DNA of 64,000 nt from Eledone cirrhosa. Its lineage: Eukaryota. This document shows, in pieces, positions 1 through 12,567 of the stretch. A model generated the notes under the pieces. It saw nothing but the letters and a program-made list of their open reading frames with translations, searched no databases and had not been told where the DNA came from. The stretch covers positions 140,058,001 to 140,122,000 of the forward strand of contig OZ024740.1 of NCBI GenBank assembly GCA_964016885.1. Direction: 5' to 3'. A program made the translations under genes and the position numbers. How positions within the stretch are numbered: the stretch's first letter is position 1; the number at the start of each line of letters is the position of its first letter.

Positions 1-273
1 GTTTCATAGGGAATAAAAATAGATAGGAGCAGGTCAAGACCCCCAAAAAATAATACCTAAAGAGCTACCTTTGTGCTTATCTCTGTAAAATATTGCAATT
101 GATAGGGTTTGAGATATTTCTCGAAAGTGCCGTGAAATATTAATGGGTCTTTCATTGGCTCTCCAGTCTCCAGACCGATGCAACAACTGAACTCCCCTCT
201 TATTCACTCTATATATGAGATATATTTGCGTGAGTGAGTGTGTGTATCTGGAGGAATTTATAAATAAAACTAA

Positions 274-394
<121 letters not shown>

Positions 395-927
395 ATGGAG
401 CGGGGCCGAATGATTAAGAAGTTTGCTCCTTGTCATTTTCTATAGCCTCGGGTCAACCAGTACTTTGTGAGTGAAATTATTTATTTATTTATTCAATTTA
501 AACGTCCGTATAGAGTTAGTAAGCCATGACAGACTAGGGGAGGTATCTAGTACTCCTTATAGTTGGTAATCAAAAATAATTAGTGAGAAAAGGTTACTCA
601 AAGATTTTGTTTATATTTGGTAGACCTGCAATCATATATTGAACTTCCAATATTGGTAGTTTTTTTACAGATTGGTTTCAATATGGCCTCTCAGACTGAT
701 AGTTTCTACATTAAAATACAGAAATTGTTTGAAAGGATTTTAATTCAAAGAGCCAGTCATGTCACACACCGGATCACACTGAATCTTTTTGAGAATGACG
801 CTATGTTTACTCGTGTCTGTGGAATGCTCAATCACTAGCGCATTAATTTCCTGACGCTGTTCCGTTGTTTGAACAACTCAATACTCATCATCGAAACCGA
901 CGGAGGTGCATTCCATTTTACCATATA

Positions 928-1829
928 CTAGCAGTGGTACCCGGCGTTGCACGGGATAAGGCATTTTGGAACGCGGGCCGCCAACAGACCTAATCGTGGA
1001 AAAACTGCATGCCTGGACAATATGTAAAGAAAATAAACCGAATACTCTGATGGCTGGATAATCTTTAAAATTTTCATCGATGAAGCAGGAAAATTGCAGG
1101 TTTTCACCTAATGCGGGCCCTAGGGGATCAAGAAAATAATTTTTTTTTATATGCATAATATACCTTGAAATTTCGGGAAAATCGGCTAGACGTAACGCCT
1201 CAAAAAAGCCCTAAAAGACTGAAAAAATGAAGTTTTTCACCTACCTCGGACCCTAGGCCATGAAAAAGTTGGATTTTCTTTGCTTACGGTATGAAGAAGA
1301 AACTGACTAATACATAGTTACAATTTCAAGGAAATCCGTCTGACGTAACGCCTGAAAAAAAACCCTAAAAAGCTGGAAAAAACGCAGTTTTTCACCTAAT
1401 GCGGGCCCTAGGAGATCAAAAAGTTGAATTTGATGTGCATAACACTCCATGAAACATAAGTAATACACATGTAAAGTATGAAGAAAATCAGTTGGGTACT
1501 TCTCGAGTTTTAGGGATTCAAACTCACAGACACACACACACACAGACATCCTCAGGGAAGTGACGTAATGCAGACAACCAAACATACACATACAAATATT
1601 ATAAGGGCACGACGTTATATGTATGTATCTAACTAAAAAGAGAAAGACTAAAAATTATAGAGAGAGATCGCTAAATCGCCTAATGCGGCTCCTAGGGCCA
1701 TGAAAATTTGAAATTATTTTTGCTCAGAACACTCCCTGTGTAAAGTTTGAAAACAGTCGGTTGGGTGGTTCTCGAGCTTTAGGGATTCACACACACACAG
1801 ACAGACATCCTCAGTTTTATATATATAGA
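928..1829 (-). mobile_element. Non-autonomous Helitron-like element
   Basis: On the minus strand it starts A|TC (1830|1829) and ends with a GC hairpin CCCG-TGCAACGC-CGGG just before CTAG|T (928|927). These are canonical Helitron termini at an AT target with no TSD. It has internal subrepeats (CCTAATGCGGGCCCTAGG-like, near 1108, 1241, 1395, 1680) and a duplicated terminal block (1491-1555 vs 1761-1815). Confidence 0.8.
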
Positions 1830-2446
1830 TGTGGTAGTCTTTCGATTTTTTCTTTGTTTTAGTATTAGTAGAAAAGTGTATGTGATCACATTTTAAACTA
1901 TGAATTAATGTGTTTTGCGTGCGCTATACGTGTATATTAAAAAATCCTGTTTTTTGTTGTTATTTTTCAACTGATCTCAGTTAAAATGGTAATTTAACTG
2001 GTGTTATTCCAGCCAACAAATAATACATATGGCGACATTGATTATTTTGATCCAGACAACCATGTTTATTTAGTGTTAAGTGTTGGGGAAGGGCTACTCT
2101 ATCTAGATAATGTGTGTAGAGAGATATGTAGTAATCTAACTCGAAATTCAGGACATGATATAGCCCTGCTTGGAAACAAAATACGCATAGACACACACAC
2201 ATACACAATATATATATATATATATATATGTATGTATAGTTCCGTATATTTATATAGATATACATACATTTGCTCGAAACATCCAATATATGTTAAATGT
2301 TATTTTAATCTGTCATGTATCTGTGTGGAAAAAGTCCACCCAAATTATATATAATAGCCTATCTGTCCAAGTATTCGTCTGGCCATCTTTCTATCTATAT
2401 TTACCTGTTTCAACTACACACACACAACCACATACATACATACATG

Positions 2447-2810
2447 ATGACTGCCCCCTCGTTATTGAGTATGGCCATTGCACGATATAACATTATTAAT
2501 AATTATTAATTAATTCTATTGTGCAATGCCTGTGCGTAAAGATATTTTTAAAAGTGAGGAAAGACTGTGCACTGAGCCAATCCCACTCTCTGAGCGACAG
2601 TAGCTATAACCTGAAAAGAAGAAAAGATCAACATCATCGGTAACTACTGAGCCGCAGGTTTTATATCGGAGTTATCCCAGTTTCCTGAGTTACCTTCTCC
2701 TAGAAGATTGCCCTGACAAAGGCTAGAAGTCGTTCACTCCCAGTGGTTTAACCGTGTATATACAATTTACACACTTTTGGATGGCCGTTGACTCTTATGA
2801 CTTCTTCCGC
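2447..2810 (-). mobile_element. Dispersed repeat, probable RTE LINE 5' UTR fragment
   Basis: Highly similar to 32197-32630, with a diverged copy at about 14530-14730. The copy at 32197 sits directly upstream of RTE coding remnants on the minus strand. Confidence 0.55.
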
Positions 2811-2812
2811 CC

Positions 2813-2844
<32 letters not shown>

Positions 2845-3003
2845 CATACATACATACATACACACACACATACATACATACACGCACACACTCATACACA
2901 TACATAGTAGAGATTAATACTTTTATTGAGATCGAGTCTGGAGCTTCGGCTGTATGTTTTCAGTGTCATCAGACAAGGCTGTCTGATAACACTGTAAACA
3001 TAC

Positions 3004-3330
3004 AGGCTTCGTGATTAGGGTGTTCGGTCCACAAATGTTAGTCAGATTGCCGACGGCAAGACACTTTATTTCACGTTGACACTTTATTTCAGTAAGACAC
3101 TTTATTTCACGTTGTCCCATTCTACGCAGCTGGAGAAAAATTAGTTGTACCTGTAATTCAAAAGGTCGGCCTTTTCAAACACTGCGCCATGTTGAATCTC
3201 TTTCACACACTGCGCCATACTGAATTTCTCTGAAAAGTACGTTAAGGGTGCATGTGGTTGTGGAACGCTCAGGATGTTCTGTTGAACAAACAACTAGAAC
3301 ACTCGTCCTTGGAACCGACGGAAGTTCAAC
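3004..3330 (+). mobile_element. tRNA-derived SINE, family 2 (CORE-like)
   Basis: Head GATTAGGGTGTTCGG, body AAGACACTTTATTTCACGTTG...GTTGTACCTGTAATTCAAA, tail CTCGTC..AACCGACGG. Related copies at about 720-910, 11970-12190(-), 13920-14225(-), 30640-30915(-), 36981-37220, 42280-42492(-), 46500-46607(-), 50300-50395 and 62625-62775. Confidence 0.7.
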
Positions 3331-4277
3331 ACACACCAAGTGCTCATGTTTAATACTCAATGGGATCGAATCATGAATCACATAGTTTCGAAGTGAGCTT
3401 CTTAACCACAAAGCTCTGCTTGTAGTCTGCATAAGTTATACTTTATTCAAAGAGAACATTTTCCTAAATATTACAGATTTTAACGCGATTTCGATTCACT
3501 TCTGTGTGTAATACACTCCAGGAAAATATTTACAGTCTAACATCGATTATCCGAACAGTTATTATGCCATGTAATGTTTTTATTAGCCATACTTTATATA
3601 ATGCGAATAATATTAATATTTCGTCTTTTGTTTACAATGATTGAAAATGTATTCGAATTACTGAAGAATATTGGAAAGTGTTATCTTAAAGATGTTTATT
3701 ACTGACACTGGTGTCGAGGTTGTTTCTTGTTTACAGTCATCGAATGTACCATGTGTCGATTGGATCTCAATCACTTTAAAGTATTGATTCTCAAACGGGA
3801 GACACGTGGCTCGCATTGAAGGAATTTTAACCAAGGTTAGAAATGTGATTCAAAGGAGGAATTCAAAAGTATAGTGTACATTCTGTATATATATATTAAA
3901 TGAAATCGGACAGAAAAGTGAGATGTTACAACGTTTGGGTCGTGGTGAAAATGCATCGACGGTTTCTGAAGAGCATACATGTGGAAGACTTATTAACAGC
4001 CTGCAAATATGCTTTGTACGTTCCATAAAGCGTCCTGTGTTTACGACCAGATCGGTTATCCGAACAATCAGTAATTCGTACAAAATATTTCAAAAACACA
4101 CCACCCTTTCATCTTGTTCGAATAATCATTGCCTAACTGTAATCATATGTATACAAACAAAAGTCGGTACTTTGGGGAATCTTGTTCTTGTCGTTATTTA
4201 CTTTATTCGTTTTGTTTTTGTTTTATTTTTATTTTTATTTATTTTTATAAATTTATTTTTAAAAATAACAATTATAT

Positions 4278-5723
4278 TTATAATATAAATAAATAATCTT
4301 CCATATATATCTGTCTGTAGATGAACAACCTCAAGTGGTAGAGTCCAAAATGCACTACATTCAACAGCGGAATTACAACGAATAGAAGCAAAGCAATTTG
4401 TGTTGCGGTCATAAAAGGATTGTTCCAGTTTAGAATATTGGGATAGATGACGTTTGCCTCAGTATCATATGACCAATAGGCTAAGCTGAAGATGATGTAA
4501 GAAATTGCGTAGATTATTGGATAAATCACATGCAAAAGGCGGACTGGGTAAGCACATATAAAGACTTCAGAAAATATCAGTAAAGAATTGATACAATTAA
4601 CTCCGATATCGGCAAATGACACGCTTCGGTACTCTGCGGATTGGTGTTTAAGTCGTGGTAGAAGTTCGATAAAGTATATTGAACCCACAGATATGGCTGA
4701 AATAAATAACGTTTCATACAGTAGCCAACAGAGCTGAAAATAGCAGCGAGTCGAAGAGCGGCTGTATGTAAAATCCGGATTTAAAAACGAAACAGATTCT
4801 GCGTTTCGTTCTGTTAGCATCGGGCTGGTATTTGTCAGTTTCTGATACCAGTCATTTTCGTATTGAGTCCTTTCTGAAGAGGCATTGCTAGTGAGGTTGT
4901 GGTTGTGAATCGCCACAGGTGACGATGACCTACAGTACCTCTTGTCGAGTGGCGGCAGAGGTGGAGGTGTTGGTGGCGGGGACGATAAATGTGAACGTGT
5001 TGGTGGAGATGGGGGACTAGGTGGTGGTGATTGTGGTAGAAGTATTGGAGGAGGAGAAGGAGAATGATGATGAGGAGGGGGTGGAGGCGGAGGAAGAGGT
5101 GGTGGAGTTGGTGGAGGTGGAAGTAACGGTGGTTGCTGTAAGTGTTGCCGTTGCAATGGTTCTTGTTGATAATGAAAATGGTGATAATGATGATGCTCAT
5201 TGGCGTGAGGTTGTTGCTCATAATGATGAGGAGGGGGAGGAGGAGATGGATTTTGATGACGATGATGATGTTGTTGATGAGGAGGATGTTGATGATGAGG
5301 GGGAAGTTTCTGCTCTTGTAGCGTCATCGCTATTTCCTGGAGTTTTTTCTTGTGTTTAGTAGTCGCTGTATCCCTGTTTTTTCTCGGCGTTACCGATGTA
5401 GCTAAAATGAAGGCCGTACTTGTATGTAAATTCGGACTGGTCGCTGCCATCAACGTTGATAAAGACGTGAACTTGGAAGATGGCGACCAAGACGCGCTCA
5501 ATTTGCGAATCTGACGTCGCCAATAGAAATAAGCTGTGACAACGGCAGCTATAAACAGGTAGAACACGAGAATAATGTGGGTCCAGGTGGTGATGTAGGC
5601 AAAGATGTTGTGTTTTACTGTCGATTCTTCTGTTGTCATTATCAGGTAATCTATCAAGCTTGTCATTGAGAAAAGACACAGGCCCATCCGGTAGACAACG
5701 AACACATAACCAGGCCAACGCCA
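4278..5723 (-). CDS. Rolling stone-like multi-pass membrane protein, last coding exon (481 aa plus stop)
   Basis: Long open frame with Rost-family motifs: W..YR, YITTWT, WLLYE, NSLLIFSEVFICAYPVRLLHVIYPIIYAISYIIFSLAYW, IYPNILNW, and several hydrophobic helices. Polypyrimidine tract and acceptor tttgttgttatcatttcag|TGG at 5724/5723. The track's N-terminus MSLLLSFQ is intronic. Confidence 0.88.
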   Translation of the reverse strand, partial: WRWPGYVFVVYRMGLCLFSMTSLIDYLIMTTEESTVKHNIFAYITTWTHIILVFYLFIAAVVTAYFYWRRQIRKLSASWSPSSKFTSLSTLMAATSPNLHTSTAFILATSVTPRKNRDTATTKHKKKLQEIAMTLQEQKLPPHHQHPPHQQHHHRHQNPSPPPPPHHYEQQPHANEHHHYHHFHYQQEPLQRQHLQQPPLLPPPPTPPPLPPPPPPPHHHSPSPPPILLPQSPPPSPPSPPTRSHLSSPPPTPPPLPPLDKRYCRSSSPVAIHNHNLTSNASSERTQYENDWYQKLTNTSPMLTERNAESVSFLNPDFTYSRSSTRCYFQLCWLLYETLFISAISVGSIYFIELLPRLKHQSAEYRSVSFADIGVNCINSLLIFSEVFICAYPVRLLHVIYPIIYAISYIIFSLAYWSYDTEANVIYPNILNWNNPFMTATQIALLLFVVIPLLNVVHFGLYHLRLFIYRQIYMEDYLFIL

Positions 5724-6183
5724 CTGAAATGATAACAACAAAGACATTATTACATTAATAACATAGTACCCGTCAAAACTGACGGGGTTTATAGTAAAAT
5801 ATATTTTATTTAATAATTCCTTGATTACACCAAGCTATGTAAAGATAGAGTTTCCCAAGACCCTTTATCATTTGAAACTAGTCATCACCGTATTTCATTT
5901 TACATTCATTTAAATCAATTACAATAATGTTATTCCTCATTTTCTTTAATCAATATCAAACATATATCCACTAAATTACGATGAGTTTGGTCTATGTATC
6001 TATGTATCTATCTACCTTCCGATTGCTGTTGGGATTCGTGCATTGCTGTTGTTGTTATTGTTGATTTTGTCCGACGATAGATACATAGGTAAATATACGT
6101 AAATAAATATAGATAGACAGTTAGCCAACAAATAGTCAGGCAGACAGGAAAATAGATAGATAGACAGGTAGATAGGTAGACAG

Positions 6184-6278
<95 letters not shown>

Positions 6279-6399
6279 GAGAGGAGGGGTTGTTTTTATT
6301 GTCCGAAGATAGATACATAGGTAGTTAGATATAGATAGTTGTTGTTATAACAATGACATCTGGAGGACCCAAGTACACATACACAAACACGCATCTATA

Positions 6400-6497
<98 letters not shown>

Positions 6498-6769
6498 TGT
6501 GTGTGTGTGTGTGTGTGTTAACACTGTGTGTGTGTGAGAGAGAGATATATAGGGAAGAAGATATAAAGTACATACATGCTCACTTTACCTCTTTCAAAAC
6601 AAATCTATAACAAAGTTGCTGTCATGTGATTATGTATATTACGAAAATAATAATTGAGAAACAGAATAACTAGATAAATGTTAAGCATCTTTAAAATGTT
6701 ATTTTGTTTTAATCTTTTACAGACGTAAACATAGTTACGGACATGGACTCACACATAAACATATATATA

Positions 6770-6925
6770 TGACAGGCTTCTGCAATTTGTATCTACCAAA
6801 TTCCACACGCAAGAGATTGGTCAACCCAAGGCTAGAGTAGAAGACATTGGCCGTAGGTGCCGCGCGCAGAGTCTGAACCCAGAATTATGTGTTGGCGAAA
6901 CGAACTTCTTCACGACACAGCCTAC
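6770..6925 (-). mobile_element. tRNA-derived SINE, family 3 (old copy)
   Basis: Minus strand reads GGCTGTGTCGTGAAGAAGTTCG...GGGTTCAGACTC...GTCTTCTACTCTAGCCTTGGGTTGACC, with A/B-box-like motifs. Related pieces at about 395-475, 42563-42660, 49335-49385 and 54055-54140. Confidence 0.55.
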
Positions 6926-6935
6926 CTATTATCAT

Positions 6936-7121
6936 GTGGATTGGCAGTATCGGTAGAGGGTCGGACGCCATGCTTTCCAGCATAGTTACGTCCCTTTACG
7001 ATCTGAGTTCAAATCCCGCCGAGGTTGACTTTGCCTTTCATCCTTACGGGGTCGATAAAATAAAGTACCAGTAATGCATTGGGTAATTGCTGGCCTTGTG
7101 CCTAAAGTAGAAACAATTATT
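6936..7121 (+). mobile_element. Young SINE, family 1 (about 190 bp)
   Basis: GTGGATTGGCAGTATCGGTAGA...GAGTTCAAATCCC (B box)...TTTGCCTTTCATCCTTACGGGGTCGATAAAATAAAGTACCAG...GTAGAAACAATTATT. Near-identical to 60267-60457. Confidence 0.85.
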
Positions 7122-7179
7122 ATTTAATCAGGGAGAGAAGAGACGCAGCAACTTGATGGATTTTATTCAATATTTTATA

Positions 7180-8878
7180 TTGTAAAGTTTCAGGAAAGAA
7201 TCGCTGGATAGATCTTACGGGTAAAACCAACAGGAGACTCAGGGGTAGACCCCGATTAAGATGGTTGGATAACATCCATGGGCTTGGCTGGTCTCGCTTG
7301 GGGATCCAATTGTATCTGTTGGAGTTGGTTGTTTCTGACAGGACCCGATGGAATGAGTGTTTGAGGACTCTGCCCACACGATCCTCCCAGGAATAAGTGA
7401 GCGAAGAAGAAGAGAAGAAGAGAAGAATATTGAATTTGTAAGAAGTAACTTTGTTATTAATTACTTGTATCAACGAACTTCACCTTAAAACTCAATACAA
7501 TAGAATAGTTATTACTCGGCTCAATAAACACATGGAAAATACTTTCTCCCTCCCCACACCCTTGATTTAATCCTTCTATCTATATATTACCTTTCTGTTT
7601 ACTCCCCCTTTTACCCCCTATCTTTTCCCTATATCAAATTAGTACTAAATATTAGGAAAAGTTTGGGAAGCCAGTATCGGTGAGCTTCAGAGTAAACGGT
7701 CACTAATAACTATATTTTGTGAGTCTGTGTCTGCTTGTACACATTGTCGCAGCGTCGAGCAGTGACACATTGTGGTGTTTTCATTCCCAAAGGGATGTAA
7801 TTTGTCAACTCATAAACACATTCGATAAATTGAGTATCAGACTATGTACTTTGATATAATGCATTGGATCTCTGTCGGTTACGATGATGTGTATCGCAGT
7901 TTACGTGACCAACGGAACAATCTGCTTATTAAACTTAGTGGTTAGTGGTGTTCGGCTCACGATTATAAGATTGTGAGTCCAATTACCAGTGGTGGCGTGT
8001 GTTTTACAGCTAGACATTTTGTTTCTCGCTGTTCCAGCTGGATTCAAAAGGCTGGTCTGAGGAATACCTTAAAAGTACACGTCTGTGGAAGCTTAAATCA
8101 CTTGCACACAGTTTAATAAGCAGATTGTTCCTTTGGTCGCGCAAACTGCGATACACGTCATCGTAACCGACGGAGATCCAATGCATTATATCAAAGTACA
8201 TAGTCTGGTACTCAATTTATCGAATGTGTTTATGAGTTGACAAATTACATCCCTTTGGGAATGAAAACACCACAATGTGTCACTGCTCGACGCTGCGACA
8301 ATGTGTACAAGCAGACACAGACTCACAAAATATAGTTATTAGTGACCGTTTACTCTGAAGCTCACCGATACTGGCTTCCCAAAACTTTTCCTAATATTTA
8401 GTACTAATTTGATATAGGGAAAAGATAGTGGGTAAAAGGGGGAGTAAACAGAAAGGTAAAGGAAGGACCTGGATATAGATAGAAGGATTAAATCAAGGGA
8501 GTGGGGAGAGAGAAAGTATTTTCCATGTGTTTATTGAGCCGAGTAATAACTATTCTATTGTATTGAGTTTTAAGGTGAAGTTCGTTGATACAAGTAATTA
8601 ATAACAAAGTTACTTCTTACAAATTCAATATTCTTCTCTTCTTCTCTTCTTCTTCGCTCACTTATTCCTGGGAGGATCGTGTGGGCAGAGTCCTCAAACA
8701 CTCATTCCAGCGGGTCCTGTCAGAAACAACCACCTCCAACTGATCCAATTGGATCCCCAAGCGAGACCAGCCAAGCCCATGGATGTTATCCAACCATCTT
8801 AATCGGGGTCTACCCCTGAGTCTCCTGTTGGTTTTGCCCGTAAGATCTATCCAGCGATTCTTTCCTGAAACTTTACAA
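7180..8878. repeat. Long inverted duplication: arms 7180-7935 and 8110-8878, spacer about 175 bp
   Basis: The arms are reverse complements over about 760 bp with scattered substitutions and small indels. Each arm holds an RTE 3' end with a (GAA)n tail plus about 500 bp of flank. Confidence 0.95.
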
Positions 8879-8987
8879 CCATATGCCCATAGTATCGGAG
8901 TTGTGATCTTTCAATTTGGAAAAGTAGCGGCTCAAATTGGTGAGACTCTCTGATCTCCGAGCTACGCATTCTATCGAGTAACGTTGC
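8632..8987 (-). mobile_element. RTE-type LINE 3' end with (GAA)n tail
   Basis: Minus strand translates ATLLDRMRSSEIRES..EPLLFQIERSQLRYYGH...GRPRLRWLDNIHGLGWSRLG...LRTLPTRSSQE*, followed by GAAGAAGAAGAG. Confidence 0.85.
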
Positions 8988-8991
8988 TGGA

Positions 8992-11209
8992 TCCAATTAG
9001 TGGGGAGGATTTGGCTCTTGAAGCTTAGGCAGAAAGATAGGTCTCTGTGGTTGATGCAAGTTTATGCACCAAACAAGGAGTACGATTACAGATCCTTCCT
9101 TGATGAAGTTACTGCAGCGTTAGATTTAGTTAAGACTGGGTCATATATCCCTATGGAAGACTTCAATGCATATGTTGACACTGACCAACTGACATGGAAA
9201 GGGGTTACTGGAAGGAACGATGACCCCGATCTAAATAAGAATGGAGAGGCTTTACTAGACTTCTGTTCTAGCAATGGGCTCTCTATTATGAACACCCTCT
9301 TCCAGCACAGAGACATCAATAAATACACATGGTATAAGGGAAATCAGAGACAGAAATCAATAATTGATTTTGTTGTCTCGTCTCTTCGATTCTGTGCTGG
9401 ATGTTCGTGTTAAGAGAAGGGCTGATCTGTCAACTGATGTGCAGCTTGAGACTACTTAAAGCCAAAGATGCTTACAAAACTGACATGTCCAGGATGACCT
9501 ATAAGATAAAGTGGGAAGCGTAGGTGGATAAGGAAGTTAGGACCAGGTATGCAGATACTATAGCATCGAAATTCAGAAAACTCTCTTAGCAAACTGAGGA
9601 CATTAAAATGGAGTGGAAATTGCTTAGTTCAGTTGTTTCTGCTTCAACTGTTAAATGCTGCAGGCGAAAGAGATTTGGCGTGGTGTCGGATGGCAGGAGG
9701 ACCACTTGGTTCAATCAAGAGGTCAAAGATGCCATCCAAGCAAAAGAAGCCTACAAAGCTTGGCTAGGAAATAAGTCCTCCTTATTGAACTTGCAGTACA
9801 AGCAGGCACGAAGAATTGCAGCAGAGACAGTAAAGGTGTCTAAAGTTAAGACATGTGAGGACTTTAGCGTTAAGCTGTAATCCGACTTCAGATCAACAAA
9901 TAAAGTGTTCTGGTAGACCATCCACCGACTTCGTAATAAGAAACCCTCCTCCACACCTGCTGTCAGGAAATCATGTGGGTTTCTCTTCTCTTCAGATAGG
10001 TGTATCCTCACGAGTTAAAAAGAATACTTTGCTGATTTCTTAAACCCGATCACATGAGTATCTCCTGATGTACACGAAGTACATCTGGGAGAGGTGACTA
10101 ATCTCTCGGAGACCAAGAACACAAGAGCAGTTAAAGAGCTCAAATGTGGAAAGGCCGTTGGGGATGATGAAATCTGACCAGCGATGGTAAAAGCCTTAAA
10201 TAGAGAAGGTATTCTCTGCTGACTCGTGTGAGCCTTGTGACCTGGATCTCTGGAAAGGCACTTAAGCAATGACAATCGGGAGTGATAATCACAATTTTCA
10301 AAAAGGGAGACAAGAGAGATTGTTCCAATTACAGAGGGATCTCCTTGTTAAACCTCCCCGATAAAGTCTCTGCTAAGTATCTGGCAAAGAGGTGTAGGGA
10401 GATTGTCCAGTTTAAGTTAGCTGATGAACAGTGCGGTTTTCGCCCCGGACGCGGCACAGCCGACCCAATATTTACACTGCGGTGGGTCTTCAAGAAATCA
10501 TGAGAGTATCGCCAAGAGGTATATTCTTGTTTCATAGACATCGAAAAGGCATGCGTGTGACAGCATTCCTCGGGACCTGCTGTGGAAGATTGTGCTGGAG
10601 TATGGGATGGAGTGTCAGCTTCATACGAATGCTAAATCGAAACCACACAATGTGGGAGTCAGACTCCCTCAAAGGTGCGTACTGTCACTTATCTTGTTCA
10701 TTATTTCCATGAAAAGGATTGACAAGCGCAATCGGGTTGGAAGTGGTATCACGACTGGCAGGAATAAAATTAGTGGGCTGAAATTTGCAGACGACATGGT
10801 GTTACTGAATTCGACAGAATAGCACTTGATAGTTGTGATGTCGAGTGCTGCATGGCTGGAATGAAAATCAGTGCTGCGAAAACTGAGACACTGTCCTCTC
10901 AAGGAAGCCATAGCAGTGCACTCTGCATGTGAATGGAGTTCCACTGAGGCAGGTGGAGAAGTTCAAGTAACTCGTAGCCGTGTTCACAAGTGATTGAAGG
11001 TATGAAGCTGAATTAAGTGTAAGAATTGCAAAAGCTGATGCAGTAATGCACCAGCTCCAGCATTCGGTAATCAGAAGTAGGTGTAAAAGCCAATCTCACT
11101 ATCTTCAATTCGGTATTCGTGCCAAACCTTACCTATGGTCATGAACCTTGAGTAATGACCGAAAGAATACGATCGTGAATACAAGCGGCTGAAATGGGTT
11201 TCCTCCGAA
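8992..11209 (+). mobile_element. RTE-type LINE ORF remnant (APE endonuclease and reverse transcriptase), pseudogenised
   Basis: QVYAPN, EDFNAYV, LLDFCSSNGLSIMNT.F.H, SIIDF (APE). FKKGDKRDCSNYRGISLL, QCGFRPGR, FADDMVLL (RT). C-terminal LTYGHE...QAAEMGFLR. Many stops and frameshifts. Confidence 0.92.
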
Positions 11210-11403
11210 GTTTAACTTTGTTTTCAAATAAAATTAAAAAACATGAGCATCAAATCTCACTTACACGGCAGACTAAAAATGAGCGAGATTTAATAGTAAA
11301 GTTTTAGCTTTCAATTTTACGCAAAGCGATGATAGCAACAAGAGAGAAAAGAGAATCGGGAGAGGGGGAGAAAAAAAGAGACTTAGTGAGAGTAAAATAC
11401 ATC

Positions 11404-11453
<50 letters not shown>

Positions 11454-11630
11454 CAGTAGTAGTAGTAGTAGGAGGAGGAGGAGGAGGAGGAGGAAGAGGA
11501 GGAAGAGGGGGGGGGGGGGTTTATATAACAAATGTAGGAGTTAGTAGTTAGTATATTAATCCCACGACTGACATTTCTAAAATACTGCAAGCAGATCCAT
11601 TCGCACATTAGCGTGGATTTCCGTACGGAT

Positions 11631-11662
<32 letters not shown>

Positions 11663-12243
11663 CACTTCAAATGACGAATTGATACTTTAAGTAGCATCGT
11701 AGGATTACATGCAAACACACACGCGCACACACATACACACAAACACGCATATGAGGTGTAAGTGAGTGTGCGTGCGTAAATACGTACACATTAAAATCTC
11801 AAGTAAATATGCCAAATCAATGCTTTAAACAGAACTTTAAACACACACACATACACACAAATACACATACATACACACACATATACACACATACACACAC
11901 ATACACACACATACACACACATACACACACATACACATACGTGCGCGTGCATACACATACATGCCTACACGTGTGTGTTGGACTACGTCAGTTTTGACGT
12001 GTTGTTTCATCAACGGAATAGTCTGCTCTTGGAATTAACTGGCAAGCGGCCGAGCATTCCACAGACACGTGTGCCCATAACATAGCGCTCAGGCAGATCC
12101 AGTATGATGCACTTTGTAGGACGGTGACTTGGGATTTTATCTTAAGGCATTCCCCTTCTTTTCTGCTATACTTGCGCATGTCTGATGGAATTTGCACGAG
12201 GAACAGTGTTCCAAAGAAATCAGGGATGTGAGAGAGGAGTGAA

Positions 12244-12326
<83 letters not shown>

Positions 12327-12475
12327 GGACCTCAGTCAGTTTCAAGATGAGTATTCCAGGTGTGCGAACACAGGAACAATCTGCTCGTGAAATGCAAGTG
12401 ACTGAGCATTCCACAATCATGTGTGTCCTTAATGAGTCGATACTTTAAATAGAATCAAACCATTACTTGCAAACT

Positions 12476-12567
<92 letters not shown>

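Noticed and set aside
2001-2190. Possible plus-strand exon (PTNNTYGDIDYFDPDNHVYL...HDIALLG)
   Set aside because: An acceptor-like site is present, but there is no recognisable domain or partner exon. It needs BLASTX or RNA-seq.
2930-2975. Hammerhead-like CTGATGA...GAAG on the minus strand
   Set aside because: GAAA and stems I and III are mutated; at best a fossil, so not listed as a feature.
5724-5747. ATG start MSLLLSFQ of the 489 aa ORF
   Set aside because: It is the polypyrimidine tract and acceptor; a better upstream exon exists at 19053-19136.
6936-7030. tRNA gene suggested by A/B-box motifs
   Set aside because: It is the head of a multi-copy SINE and has no cloverleaf.
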